Shown in pieces: positions 1-9,145 of a stretch of DNA of 64,000 nt. Under the pieces are notes generated by a model. The model was not told where the DNA came from. It saw only the letters and a list, made by a program, of their open reading frames with translations, and ran no database searches. The stretch comes from Nannocystis bainbridge (GTDB lineage Bacteria > Myxococcota_A > Polyangia > Nannocystales > Nannocystaceae), in contig NZ_JAQNDL010000001.1 in the NCBI RefSeq assembly GCF_028368995.1, forward strand, positions 3,072,001-3,136,000, read 5' to 3'. Made by a program: the position numbers and the translations under genes. Every line of letters begins with the position of its first letter. Positions within the stretch are counted from its first letter, which is position 1.

Positions 1-170
1 AGAAGGACCGCGCCCTGCCCCGTCCCTGGGTCCACGTCGGTCGATCGTCCGCCGAGCTCGCGCATCGCCGACCCGGCTCTACCTTGCAGGCGCGTGAGGC
101 TGAGAAAGCTCGCTCGCCTCGCACCACCCCGCGGCGCTCGGTCGCCCGGCTTTCCGCTACCCTCCCGGCG

Positions 171-1736
171 ATGTCGAAGCTCTCCTATCGTCTTGGATTC
201 GCGCTCCTTGTCCTTCCTGCTTGTAGCAATCCGGCCCCGGCCGACACCGACGGTGACACCGACACGTCGACCAGCACGTCGACCACCGACGGCACCCAGA
301 CCACCGCCGGGCCGACCACCGACACGCCGACCACCTCGACCACCGTCGACCCGACCGTCTCGACCACTGACTCCTCCACCACCGAGTCGGTGACCTCGAC
401 GACCACGACGACCGAGACCACCGACACGACCGACACCGCGTCGACCACCGACTCCACGTCGACCACCGACTCCACGTCGACCACCGAAACGACCTCGACC
501 ACCGACGCCCCGGACCAGTGCGGCGACGGCGAGAAGAACGGCGACGAGACCGACACCGACTGCGGCGGCCCGACCTGCTCGCCCTGCACCGACGGCGGCA
601 CCTGCCAGGTCGACACCGACTGCGACAGCAACAGCTGCATCAACGAAGTCTGCGGCCTGCCGCCCGCGGCCTGCCTCGACGGCCAGCAGAACAACCTCGA
701 GACCGACATCGACTGCGGCGGCGGCGAGTGTCCCGCCTGCGCCGACGACCAGATCTGCGCCGTGCCCGAGGACTGCGTCTCGAAGGTCTGCACCGACGAG
801 GTCTGCGTGGCCGCCAGCTGCGAGGACCAGATCGTCAACGGCGAGGAGTCCGACGTCGACTGCGGCGGCCTCACCTGCGACAAGTGCGTCGACGGCGACA
901 CCTGCAACGGCGGCAACGACTGCGAGAGCGGCGTCTGCGACAACAGCGTGTGCTCGCCCGCGACCTGCGAGGACACCGAGAAGAACGGCAGCGAGACCGA
1001 CGTCGACTGCGGCGGCCCCGACTGCGACCCGTGCGAGGGCGGCCTGGCCTGCGAGACCAACGACGACTGCGCCGAGAACAACTGCACCAACAACGTGTGC
1101 GTCGGCGTCTCGTGCCAGGACGGCATCCAGAACGGCGGGGAGACCGGCGTCGACTGCGGCGGCCCCGACTGCGGCTCCTGCCCGATCCTCGGCCTCATCA
1201 TCAACGAGATCGACTACGACCAGGTCGACAGCGACTCCGAGGAGTTCATCGAGCTCCTCAACACGACCGCCGCGCCGATCGACCTCGCGGACCACAAGGT
1301 CCTCCTGATCAACGGCAGCAACAACAACCCGTACGCGACCATCGACATCTCCGGCGCCGGCTCGATCCAGCCGAACCAGTACCTGGTCATCGCCAAGGCC
1401 GCGTTCGTCGCCCCCAACGGCGCGCTCAAGGTCAACTTCGCCGGCAGCGTCGACCAGATCCAGAACGGCTCGCCCGACGGTATCGCCCTCGTGTCCGGCA
1501 CGACCCTCGTCGACGCCCTCAGCTACGAGGGTCCCATCACCATGGCCAACACCAACATCGTCGGCCTCGGGGTCGTCAGCCTGGTCGAGGGCACCGTCCT
1601 GCCGATGAACATCCAGGACTCGAACACCGAGAAGCGCTCGCTCGTGCGCCTGCCCAACGGCAACGACACCAACAACGCCGCCACCGACTGGAAGCTGTCG
1701 GCCAACCCCACCCCCGGCGCTGCCAACGTCCCCTGA
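171..1736 (+). CDS. Secreted lipoprotein: Thr-rich stalk, ~5 Cys-rich repeats (CxDGxxNGxETDxDCGG) and C-terminal lamin-tail-like domain
   Basis: Signal peptide with lipobox-like LPAC; Thr/Ser/Asp tract; repeated CxDGxxNGxETD motif; LIINEIDY...EFIEL and terminal PTPG typical of lamin tail domains. ATG 171 preferred over ORF-track start 84. Confidence 0.8.
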   Translation: MSKLSYRLGFALLVLPACSNPAPADTDGDTDTSTSTSTTDGTQTTAGPTTDTPTTSTTVDPTVSTTDSSTTESVTSTTTTTETTDTTDTASTTDSTSTTDSTSTTETTSTTDAPDQCGDGEKNGDETDTDCGGPTCSPCTDGGTCQVDTDCDSNSCINEVCGLPPAACLDGQQNNLETDIDCGGGECPACADDQICAVPEDCVSKVCTDEVCVAASCEDQIVNGEESDVDCGGLTCDKCVDGDTCNGGNDCESGVCDNSVCSPATCEDTEKNGSETDVDCGGPDCDPCEGGLACETNDDCAENNCTNNVCVGVSCQDGIQNGGETGVDCGGPDCGSCPILGLIINEIDYDQVDSDSEEFIELLNTTAAPIDLADHKVLLINGSNNNPYATIDISGAGSIQPNQYLVIAKAAFVAPNGALKVNFAGSVDQIQNGSPDGIALVSGTTLVDALSYEGPITMANTNIVGLGVVSLVEGTVLPMNIQDSNTEKRSLVRLPNGNDTNNAATDWKLSANPTPGAANVP

Positions 1737-1754
1737 ACCCGCTATGCTCGGCGC

Positions 1755-3248
1755 ATGATCGCCGAGTATGAGGACCTCGACGGCCTCGCCCTCGCCGCCC
1801 TCGTGCGCGCGGGCGAGGTCTCGCCGCTCGAGCTGGTGGACGAGGCCATTCACCGCTGCGAGACCGACGGCGTCGCGCTCGGCGCCGTGGTCGCGCCGAT
1901 GTACGAGCGCGCCCGCGACCTGGCCCAGAGGACATTGCCCGAAGGGCCGTTTCGCGGCGTGCCGACGCTGCTCAAGGACCTGGTCTCCGGGGCCGAGGGC
2001 GCGCCGCTGCAGGGCGGCAGCCGGTTCCTGCGCGGCGTGGTGTCGCCGGCCGACTCGGAGATCGTGCGCCGCTACCGAGCCGCGGGCCTGATCCCGGTGG
2101 CCAAGTCCGCGACCTCCGAGTTCGGCATCGTCCCGACGGTCGAGACCCTGGCCCACGGCGCGTGCAGGAACCCGTGGGACCTGTCGCGCTCGGCCGGCGG
2201 CAGCAGCGGTGGTTCGGGCGCCGCCGTGGCCGCGCGCATCGTCCCGCTCGCCAGCGGCAGCGACGGCGGCGGCTCGATCCGGATCCCCGCCTCGTGCTGC
2301 GGATTGTTCGGCCTCAAGCCCACCCGCGGCCGCACCCCGATCGGCCCCGAGCGCGGCGAGGGCTGGCAGGGCTTCGCCGTCCTCCACGCGCTGACCCGCT
2401 CCGTCCGCGACAGCGCCGCCCTGCTCGACGCCACCTGCCTCCCGGAGCCTGGCGCCGCCTACTTCCCGGCCTCGCCGGCCCGCCCTTACCTCAGCGAGGT
2501 CTCGACCCCGCCGGGCCAGCTGCGCATCGCCGTCACCACCCGGCCGATGCTCGGCGGCCAGGTCCACGACGACTGCGTCGCCGCCGTCACGTCCGCCGCC
2601 GCCCTCCTGCGCGACCTCGGCCACCAGGTCGACGAGGCCGCGCCCGCGGTCGACGGCCCGGCCTTCTCGCGCGCCTTCTTCGCCATCCTCTGCGGCGAGG
2701 TCGCGGCCGACATCGACGAGGCCGCGCGCCTGACCGGCCGACGCCCGCGCGCCGGCGAGTTCGAGTTTGTCACCTGGACTTTGGGACAGATCGGCAAGGC
2801 CCTCGGCGCCGCCGACTTCGTGGCCGCCAAGCGCCACCTGCAGCGGGCCGCGCTGCAGATCGGCCCGTTCTTCGCCGACTATGACGTGCTCGTCACCCCG
2901 ACCCTGGCCCAGCCGCCCGCGCCGCTCGGCAGCCTCGGCCCGCAGGGCCTGTCCGCCTCGCTGATGAAGCTGCTCGGCCGCGCCCGCGCCGGCGGCCTGC
3001 TGCGCCGCCTCATGGCCCACGACCCCAGCGCCGACGACGTCTACGCCTACCTGCCGTGGACCCCCGTGTTCAACGTCACCGGCCAGCCTGCCATGTCGGT
3101 GCCGCTGCACTGGAGCCCCGCCGGCCTGCCGATCGGCGTCCAGTTCGTCGGCCGCTGGGGCGACGAGGCGACCCTGTTCCGCCTCGCCGGCGAGCTCGAG
3201 CGCGCGCGCCCGTGGGCCGGCCGTCGCCCGCCGCGCTTCACCGCCTGA
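1755..3248 (+). CDS. Amidase-signature family amidase
   Basis: LLKDL, GGSSGGSGAAVA and GSDGGGSIRIPASCCGLFGLKPTRGR signature (Lys-Ser-Ser triad). Confidence 0.93.
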   Translation: MIAEYEDLDGLALAALVRAGEVSPLELVDEAIHRCETDGVALGAVVAPMYERARDLAQRTLPEGPFRGVPTLLKDLVSGAEGAPLQGGSRFLRGVVSPADSEIVRRYRAAGLIPVAKSATSEFGIVPTVETLAHGACRNPWDLSRSAGGSSGGSGAAVAARIVPLASGSDGGGSIRIPASCCGLFGLKPTRGRTPIGPERGEGWQGFAVLHALTRSVRDSAALLDATCLPEPGAAYFPASPARPYLSEVSTPPGQLRIAVTTRPMLGGQVHDDCVAAVTSAAALLRDLGHQVDEAAPAVDGPAFSRAFFAILCGEVAADIDEAARLTGRRPRAGEFEFVTWTLGQIGKALGAADFVAAKRHLQRAALQIGPFFADYDVLVTPTLAQPPAPLGSLGPQGLSASLMKLLGRARAGGLLRRLMAHDPSADDVYAYLPWTPVFNVTGQPAMSVPLHWSPAGLPIGVQFVGRWGDEATLFRLAGELERARPWAGRRPPRFTA

Positions 3249-3286
3249 CCCGTGCGACCTGTCCTTCAGGACCTATCCTCTCCGAC

Positions 3287-3829
3287 ATGACCGATGAGAC
3301 ACCCTTGTGGTTGTTCGGCTACGGCTCGCTGATCTGGCGGCCGGCGATCCCCTACGCCGAGCGCTTGCCGGCCCGCGCCACCGGCTACGAGCGCCGCTTC
3401 TACCAGGGCTCGACCGACCACCGCGGCGTGCCCGAGGCCCCGGGTCGGGTCGTCACCCTCGTGCCCAGCGCGGCGGCCATCTGCGGCGGCGTCGCCTACC
3501 GCGTGGCCCCGGCCGACGTGCCCGCCGTGCTGCACACCCTCGACGTGCGCGAGCAGGGCGGCTACACCCGCCTCGAGCTGTCGGTGCAGGTCCTGGGAGC
3601 CGCGCCCGCCGAGGTCACCGCCCTCACCTACGTCGCCGCGCCCGGCAACCCCAACTGGCTCGGCCCCGCCTCCGCCGCCGCGATCGCCCGCCAGATCGCC
3701 CTCAGCCGCGGCCCCAGCGGCATGAACCGCGAGTACCTGGTCCGCCTCGCCGCCGCCCTGCGCGAGCTCGCCGTCGACGACCCCCACGTGTTCGAGCTCG
3801 AGCGCGAGGTCGGCGTCCACGACGATTGA
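3287..3829 (+). CDS. chaC: Glutathione-specific gamma-glutamylcyclotransferase (ChaC family)
   Basis: WLFGYGSLIW, QGSTDHRGVPEAPGRVVTL, LDVRE, GPSGxNxEY motifs; ATG at 3287. Confidence 0.9.
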   Translation: MTDETPLWLFGYGSLIWRPAIPYAERLPARATGYERRFYQGSTDHRGVPEAPGRVVTLVPSAAAICGGVAYRVAPADVPAVLHTLDVREQGGYTRLELSVQVLGAAPAEVTALTYVAAPGNPNWLGPASAAAIARQIALSRGPSGMNREYLVRLAAALRELAVDDPHVFELEREVGVHDD

Positions 3830-4003
3830 TTTTTCTTCAAGAGACCGGGCCGCACCGGGATGCGCGTCGTAAGCACGAACGAGATGTCCCTCGGGACATC
3901 TTCTTACACATGCTCCTTGGGACATGTCCCCGAGGACATTCGATTCGCCCCGACGCAGTCACCCTCGCGGTGCTCCGCCGCCGGACGGTGCTATCCTCGC
4001 CGC

Positions 4004-4951
4004 ATGCGCCTCGCCGTCGGCGTCCCTCTCGCGCTCTGCGCCCTCGCAGCCTGCTTCTCCGACAGCCCGCCGCAGCTGTCCACCGGCGGAGCCACGACCA
4101 CCGGCGACCTACCCCCCACGACCTCGACCGCGACGGGCGCGAACTCGACCTCGAGCTCGAGCACGAGCGAGCCCACGACCACCGACGCGCTCACCACCGA
4201 AGCGCCCACCACCGGCGGCTGTCCCATGGGCCAGCCCGAGACGCCCTGGTACCTCGACGGCGACGGCGACGGCTTCGGCGCCGGCGATCCGGCCGGGGTC
4301 GCCTGCGAGCCGCCGCCCGGCGCGGTCCTGGTCGCCGGCGACTGCGACGACACCGCGATCGCCATCAACCCCGACGCCGACGAGCTCTGCAACGCCGGCG
4401 TCGACGACGACTGCGACGGCCTCGTCGACGAGCACTCGCCCGCCAACCTCGAGTGCGACGGCTGCAGCCTGTCGGCGCTCGGCGACGCCACCTTCTGGGT
4501 CTGCAGCCAGCCGCTCGCCTTCAGCCCCGGCGAGGCCTTCTGCCAGCAGTACGGCGCCGCGGTCCACCTGGTCCACCCGCGCAACCCCACCGAGCTGGCC
4601 TTCGTCCGCGACCGCGTCCTCGACCACCTCGGCCAGCAGCCGGCCGAGCTGGGCTTCTGGACCGGGCTGCACCGCCGCGAGGCGCTGTGGGACGCCTGCA
4701 CCGTCAACCCGGACGCCATCGACTGGGTCGCGCTCGACGGCGCGCCCGTCGACTACCTGCCGTGGCGCCTCGGCGAGCCCAACAACGAGGACTGCTCCCC
4801 GCTGTGCACCACGGACGTCCTCGATGACCCCGAGTGCCCGCGCGAGAATTGCATCGAGCTCGCCGAGACCGCCACCGGCGCCTTCAACGACCGCGCCTGC
4901 AGCACCGCCGCCGCCGGCCTGGTCTGCCAGGCCCGTATCGTCGACCCCTGA
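4004..4951 (+). CDS. Lipoprotein with DxDGDG/GDCDD metal-binding-type motif and C-type-lectin-like C-terminal domain
   Basis: Lipobox LAAC; WYLDGDGDGFG...GDCDD...INPDADELCN.GVDDDCDGLVDE; FWTGL, W..GEPNN, ENCIEL, FNDRAC of C-type lectin folds. Confidence 0.75.
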   Translation: MRLAVGVPLALCALAACFSDSPPQLSTGGATTTGDLPPTTSTATGANSTSSSSTSEPTTTDALTTEAPTTGGCPMGQPETPWYLDGDGDGFGAGDPAGVACEPPPGAVLVAGDCDDTAIAINPDADELCNAGVDDDCDGLVDEHSPANLECDGCSLSALGDATFWVCSQPLAFSPGEAFCQQYGAAVHLVHPRNPTELAFVRDRVLDHLGQQPAELGFWTGLHRREALWDACTVNPDAIDWVALDGAPVDYLPWRLGEPNNEDCSPLCTTDVLDDPECPRENCIELAETATGAFNDRACSTAAAGLVCQARIVDP

Positions 4952-5183
4952 CACTGACATGTCCTTGAGGACATGTAGTTCCACACACCCGAGCGTCACT
5001 TCCTGCGTACGGCCCGAAGAACATGTTCCGAAAGACATGTAGGTCACCGCTCGGGCCGGCCTCACGCCGCCCACCCGATCTACCGCGGCCCACGCCCAGG
5101 AGCCCACCCCACCGGGCGACATGTCCCCGAGACCGCGTCCGGCCACTCCCGCGCCTCCTCGCCCCTGACCTGCCAGCCCCGCG

Positions 5184-5214
5184 ACCGTTCGACCGCCGCC
5201 CGCGACCGTTCGCC
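5184..5214 (+). promoter_or_regulatory. Tandem LytTR-type binding boxes (ACCGTTCGAC, ACCGTTCGCC), 21 bp apart
   Basis: Direct repeat at 5184 and 5205 resembling the AlgR-type LytTR site ACCGTTCGTC, upstream of an operon encoding a LytTR regulator. Confidence 0.7.
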
Positions 5215-5269
5215 CGCCCGGCCGCGCCCGCGCGGACGACCGCGTGCCACCTTGCGCGTCGAGCCCTCG

Positions 5270-5386
5270 ATGTTCGCCCTCTTGCACAGCGTCTTCGCCC
5301 TCCTCCTCTCCCTCTTGCCGCTCGCGCTCGCGGCCGCGGCCTTCTTGCCGCTGCTCGACCTCGCCGCGCTGGAGGACCGGCGATGA
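5270..5386 (+). CDS. 38-aa hydrophobic small protein (MFALLHSVFALLLSLLPLALAAAAFLPLLDLAALEDRR)
   Basis: Below ORF-track cutoff; GC3-rich codons; TGA overlaps next ATG (ATGA 5383-5386); contains GGAGG before the next start. Confidence 0.55.
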   Translation: MFALLHSVFALLLSLLPLALAAAAFLPLLDLAALEDRR

Positions 5387-5985
5387 GCGCCCTCGCCCGC
5401 AAGCGCGCCTTTGACCTCGCGCTGCTGCTCCCGCTGGTCCCGCTGTTCGCCGTCGCCGTCGCCGCCCTCGCCTGCGGCGTGCTGCTGTGCGACGGTCGGC
5501 CGATCTTCTTCGCCCAGCCGCGCATCGGTCGCGACCGGCGGGTCTTCCACATCCTCAAGCTGCGCACCATGACCTGCGAGCCCGACCCCGCCGCGCGCCG
5601 CCCGACCCGCTTCGGCCGGTTCTTGCGCCTGCGCGGCCTCGACGAGCTGCCGCAGCTGTTGGTCAACGTCCTGCGCGGCGACATGAGCCTCGTCGGGCCG
5701 CGTCCGCTCACCGCCGCCGACGCCGAGCGGCTGATCGCCGAGCACCCGCCGTTCGCCCGCCGCTTCGACGTCCCGCCCGGGCTCACCGGCCTGGCCCAGG
5801 TCTACCTGGCCCAAGGGTCAGCCTTGACCGCCGCGCTCGACGCCGCCTACGCTGAGCAGCGCACCGCCCTGCTCGACCTCCGGATCCTCCTGCGCACCGC
5901 CTGGATGAACCTCGTCGGCAAGCGCCGCGGCGCCCTCCGCACCACGCTCCCGATCGGCCGCCCTCGCCACCTCTCATGGCCCTGA
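5383..5985 (+). CDS. Small monotopic phosphoglycosyl transferase (bacterial sugar transferase, PglC/WcaJ-like)
   Basis: KRAFD, FFAQPRIG, KLRTM, GLDELPQL, GDMSLVGPRP, PGLTGLAQV motifs. Confidence 0.9.
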   Translation: MSALARKRAFDLALLLPLVPLFAVAVAALACGVLLCDGRPIFFAQPRIGRDRRVFHILKLRTMTCEPDPAARRPTRFGRFLRLRGLDELPQLLVNVLRGDMSLVGPRPLTAADAERLIAEHPPFARRFDVPPGLTGLAQVYLAQGSALTAALDAAYAEQRTALLDLRILLRTAWMNLVGKRRGALRTTLPIGRPRHLSWP

Positions 5986-6992
5986 TCGTCTCCACGCTGC
6001 AGGCCCTGCTCGCCCCCCGGCGGCTGGTCCCGATCGTGCTCGTCAGCGTCCCGCTGGTCGTCGCCCAGTACCGCTACTCGCCCGCACGCGACCCTGGCGC
6101 GGTCGTCGTCGGCCTCGCCATGTGCCTCGTGTTCGCGCTGATCGCCCCGTGGCTGTGGCGCGCCACGGCCACCCGCGGCTGGCTCGGCCTCGCGCTCTAC
6201 GGCCTCGTCGGCGCCGCCTTCGTCGCCGTCCTCGGCGTCCTCCTCCCGGCCGTGTTCGGCGTCGGCCGCACCTTCCTCACCGAGGACGCCAGCTTGCTGG
6301 TCGCCCTCGCCCTGTTCCTCGTCGGCGGCTGGGGTCTCGGCCGCGACATCGACCTCGAGGCCAGCCTCGACCGCGAGCGTGCCCGCGTCGGGGCGCTCGC
6401 CCGCGAAGCCGAGCGCGCCCAGCTGCTCGCCCTGCGCAGCCACCTCGACCCGCACTTCCTCTTCAACACCCTCAACGCCATCGCCGAGTGGTGCCGCACC
6501 GACGGCGAAGTCGCCGAGCGCGCCGTCCTGCGCCTGTCCGCCATGCTGCGCACGATCCTCGACGGCGTCCGCCTGCCCGCCTGGTCGCTGCGCCGCGAGC
6601 TCGACCTCTGCCGCGACCTGTTCGCCCTCCACGCCGTGCGCGACCCCGGCCGCTTCGACTGCACCGTCGACGGCGACCCCGGCGACATCGCCGTCCCCCC
6701 GCTGCTGCTGCTGCCGCTGGCCGAGAACGCGATCAAGCACGGCCCGGCCGCCGGCCACCGCGGGCCGGTCCGCATCCACCTGTCCTTGGGGCCATCCGGC
6801 CTGCAGATCGTGATCGACAACCCCGGCCCGTTCACCGGCCCGCGCCCCGGCGGCGAGGGCCTGCACATGGCCCGCCGCCGCCTCGACCTCGCCTACGACG
6901 GCCGCGCCGACCTCGTCATCGGCCCCGCCGACCACGGCACCCGCGCCGTCGTCACCATCCCCACCGGCCCCCCGCCCACGGTGGTCACATGA
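5976..6992 (+). CDS. Membrane sensor histidine kinase, LytS/YehU family
   Basis: About 4 TM helices, LDPHFLFNTLNAI H-box, ENAIKHG N-box, GxGL G-box. Confidence 0.9.
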   Translation: MALIVSTLQALLAPRRLVPIVLVSVPLVVAQYRYSPARDPGAVVVGLAMCLVFALIAPWLWRATATRGWLGLALYGLVGAAFVAVLGVLLPAVFGVGRTFLTEDASLLVALALFLVGGWGLGRDIDLEASLDRERARVGALAREAERAQLLALRSHLDPHFLFNTLNAIAEWCRTDGEVAERAVLRLSAMLRTILDGVRLPAWSLRRELDLCRDLFALHAVRDPGRFDCTVDGDPGDIAVPPLLLLPLAENAIKHGPAAGHRGPVRIHLSLGPSGLQIVIDNPGPFTGPRPGGEGLHMARRRLDLAYDGRADLVIGPADHGTRAVVTIPTGPPPTVVT

Positions 6993-7134
6993 GCCGCAGA
7001 ATCAACCTGTCCCTTCAGACACCCACCTATCTTCACCAGGCGCAGCGCCGCCGTGCACAAAGGACATGTCCCCTCGGACATGCGTAACCGCAGCACCTGC
7101 CGACCCGCCGCTCAACCGCCTTCACCACGTCCCG

Positions 7135-7863
7135 ATGACCTCCCTTTTATTAAAAATTCTCGTCGTCGATGACGAGGAGCTGGCGCGGCGGCGGCTGGTC
7201 CGGCTGCTCGCCGACCTCCCTGGCGTCGAGCTCGCGGGCGAGTGTGACGCCGGCCAGGCAGCGCTCGCGCGCCTGCGCGACCCGGAGGCCGAGGTCGACG
7301 TCGTATTGCTCGACATCCGCATGCCCGGCCTCACCGGCCTCGAGACCGCGGCCCTCCTCGGCGACGACGGCCCCTACGTCATCTTCACCACCGCGCACGA
7401 CGAGCACGCCGTCGACGCCTTCGACCTCGGCGTCGTCGACTATCTGTTGAAGCCGATCGAGGCCGTGCGGCTGCACCGCGCGCTCGAGCGGGCGCGTCAG
7501 CGCCTCGGCGGCCAGCGTGGCGGCCCGCGCGAGCTCGTGCGCCTGCCGGTCACCACCCGCGAGGGCATCCTCCTCGTCGACCCGCAGGCCCTGAGCCACG
7601 CCGTGTTCGACGGCGCCCTCGTCACCCTCCACCTCGACGGCCGCACCCTGCTCACCGACCAGAGCTTGCAGGACCTCGAGGACAGGCTGCCCGCCGCCGC
7701 CTTCGAGCGCGTCCACCGGCGCGCCCTCGTCAACCTCGAGAAGATCGAGCGCCTCGAGCCGCTCGACACCGGCGGCTACAACGCCCGCATGCCCGGCGGC
7801 GACCTCGTCCCGATCTCCCGCCAGGCCGCCCGCCGCCTGCGCCGCCGCCTCGGCCTGTCCTGA
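7135..7863 (+). CDS. LytTR family response regulator
   Basis: VVDDE, LLDIRMPG, FTTA, DYLLKP receiver; FERVHRRALVN and VPISR LytTR motifs. Confidence 0.92.
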   Translation: MTSLLLKILVVDDEELARRRLVRLLADLPGVELAGECDAGQAALARLRDPEAEVDVVLLDIRMPGLTGLETAALLGDDGPYVIFTTAHDEHAVDAFDLGVVDYLLKPIEAVRLHRALERARQRLGGQRGGPRELVRLPVTTREGILLVDPQALSHAVFDGALVTLHLDGRTLLTDQSLQDLEDRLPAAAFERVHRRALVNLEKIERLEPLDTGGYNARMPGGDLVPISRQAARRLRRRLGLS

Positions 7864-7920
7864 AGGACAGCCCGCCGACCGCCGCCGCCTCGGCGGGTCC
7901 TGAAGGACAGCCCGCCGACC
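7856..7920. repeat. 40-bp-spaced direct repeat GTCCTGAAGGACAGCCCGCCGACCGC carrying the 14-bp palindrome
   Basis: Copies begin near 7857 and 7897; the first overlaps the LytTR stop codon. Confidence 0.8.
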
Positions 7921-8075
7921 GCTCGCGCGGACGCCCGGCCCCGCGAGCTCCGTCGCGCCGCGGACCCGACGCGCTCGCAGGGTCGCCACGGCTGCTCCTT
8001 CGCATGTCCCAACGGACATGTCCATCAGGACATCGACCGCCGCCGTTCACCCCAGTCCGCGCGCAGCCGACCCTG

Positions 8076-8999
8076 TCACGCCGGCACCGGGCCGAACTTG
8101 CCGAGCTCGAAGTCGCGGACCGCGGCCGCCAGCTCGCTGCGGGTGTTCATCACGAACGGCCCGTACGACGCGATCGGCTCGTCGATGGGCTCACCGGCCA
8201 GGACCACCAGATGCGCGTCGTCCTTGGCCACCAGCTCGACGAACGCCCCCGAGTTCTCGAACACCAGCAGCTCGCCGTCGCGGGCGTGCTCGCTGCCCGA
8301 CTTCGCGTGGCCCGACTCGACCAGCACCAGCGCGTTGTGGTGCTCCGGCAGCGGCACGCGCACGCGGTGCCTCGCCCGCAGCTCGACGTCGAGCAGCGTG
8401 ATCGGCGTGTGCGTGCGCGCCGGTCCGCGGGCCCCCGCGAACTCGCCGGCGATCACCCGCACGCGGCCCGCGTCGTCGTCGAGTTCGACGCTCGGGATGT
8501 CGGCCGCGGTGATCGGTTGATACCCCGGCTCGCTCATCTTCAGCCGCGCCGGCAGGTTGACCCACAGCTGCAAGAAGCGCACGGCACCGCCGCGGCGGGC
8601 GAACTCCTGCTCGTGATACTCCTCGTGCAGGATGCCCCCGGCCGCCGTCATCCACTGGACATCACCGGGCCCGATGATCCCCGAATGCCCGGCCGTGTCG
8701 CGGTGCGCGATCGTGCCTTCCCACGCCAGGCTCACCGTCTCGAACCCGCGATGCGGATGCCAGCCGACGCCGCGCCGCCCCTGCGTCAGCGCCGGATAGG
8801 CCTGCCGCGGGTGATGGTCGAGCAACAGGAACGGGCTCACCCGCTCCATCGGCAAGCTGCGGCTCGGGAACACCCCGCGCACTTGAAATCCATCGCCGAC
8901 CCAGTGCATCGGGCCGCCGCGGTGCACGGCCTCGACGCGGCGGGCTCGCCCCGGGAGTTCGAGGCCAGGAAGGGTCGGAGTCGTGATCGTCGTGTCCAT
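8076..8999 (-). CDS. Pirin family protein
   Basis: SPFLLLD, HPHRGFETV, VQWMTAAGGILHEE, QLWVNLP, GPFVMN motifs. Confidence 0.95.
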   Translation of the reverse strand: MDTTITTPTLPGLELPGRARRVEAVHRGGPMHWVGDGFQVRGVFPSRSLPMERVSPFLLLDHHPRQAYPALTQGRRGVGWHPHRGFETVSLAWEGTIAHRDTAGHSGIIGPGDVQWMTAAGGILHEEYHEQEFARRGGAVRFLQLWVNLPARLKMSEPGYQPITAADIPSVELDDDAGRVRVIAGEFAGARGPARTHTPITLLDVELRARHRVRVPLPEHHNALVLVESGHAKSGSEHARDGELLVFENSGAFVELVAKDDAHLVVLAGEPIDEPIASYGPFVMNTRSELAAAVRDFELGKFGPVPA

Positions 9000-9058
9000 G
9001 GTCCGACATCATGACGCCGCGCCTCGCCAGCGGAACTGCGCCGCAGGTGATGCCCGCC

Positions 9059-9073
9059 ATCACCCGAGGTGAT
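9059..9073. promoter_or_regulatory. LysR-type box ATC-N9-GAT upstream of pirin
   Basis: ATCACCCGAGGTGAT is palindromic, contains T-N11-A and lies between the lysR and pirin genes. Confidence 0.55.
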
Positions 9074-9145
9074 GCCCCGAATTCACGCCACAACCCCCGC
9101 GCTGCCGCAGTGGCACGAATCGACGGATCGCCAGCACACGCGGCT

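Noticed and set aside
3860-4003. ORF-track N-terminal extensions starting in or crossing palindrome arrays (also 5023, 7066, 23396, 24332, 33383)
   Set aside because: Starts come from array CATG junctions or non-coding leaders; better starts with signal peptides or family N-termini lie downstream.
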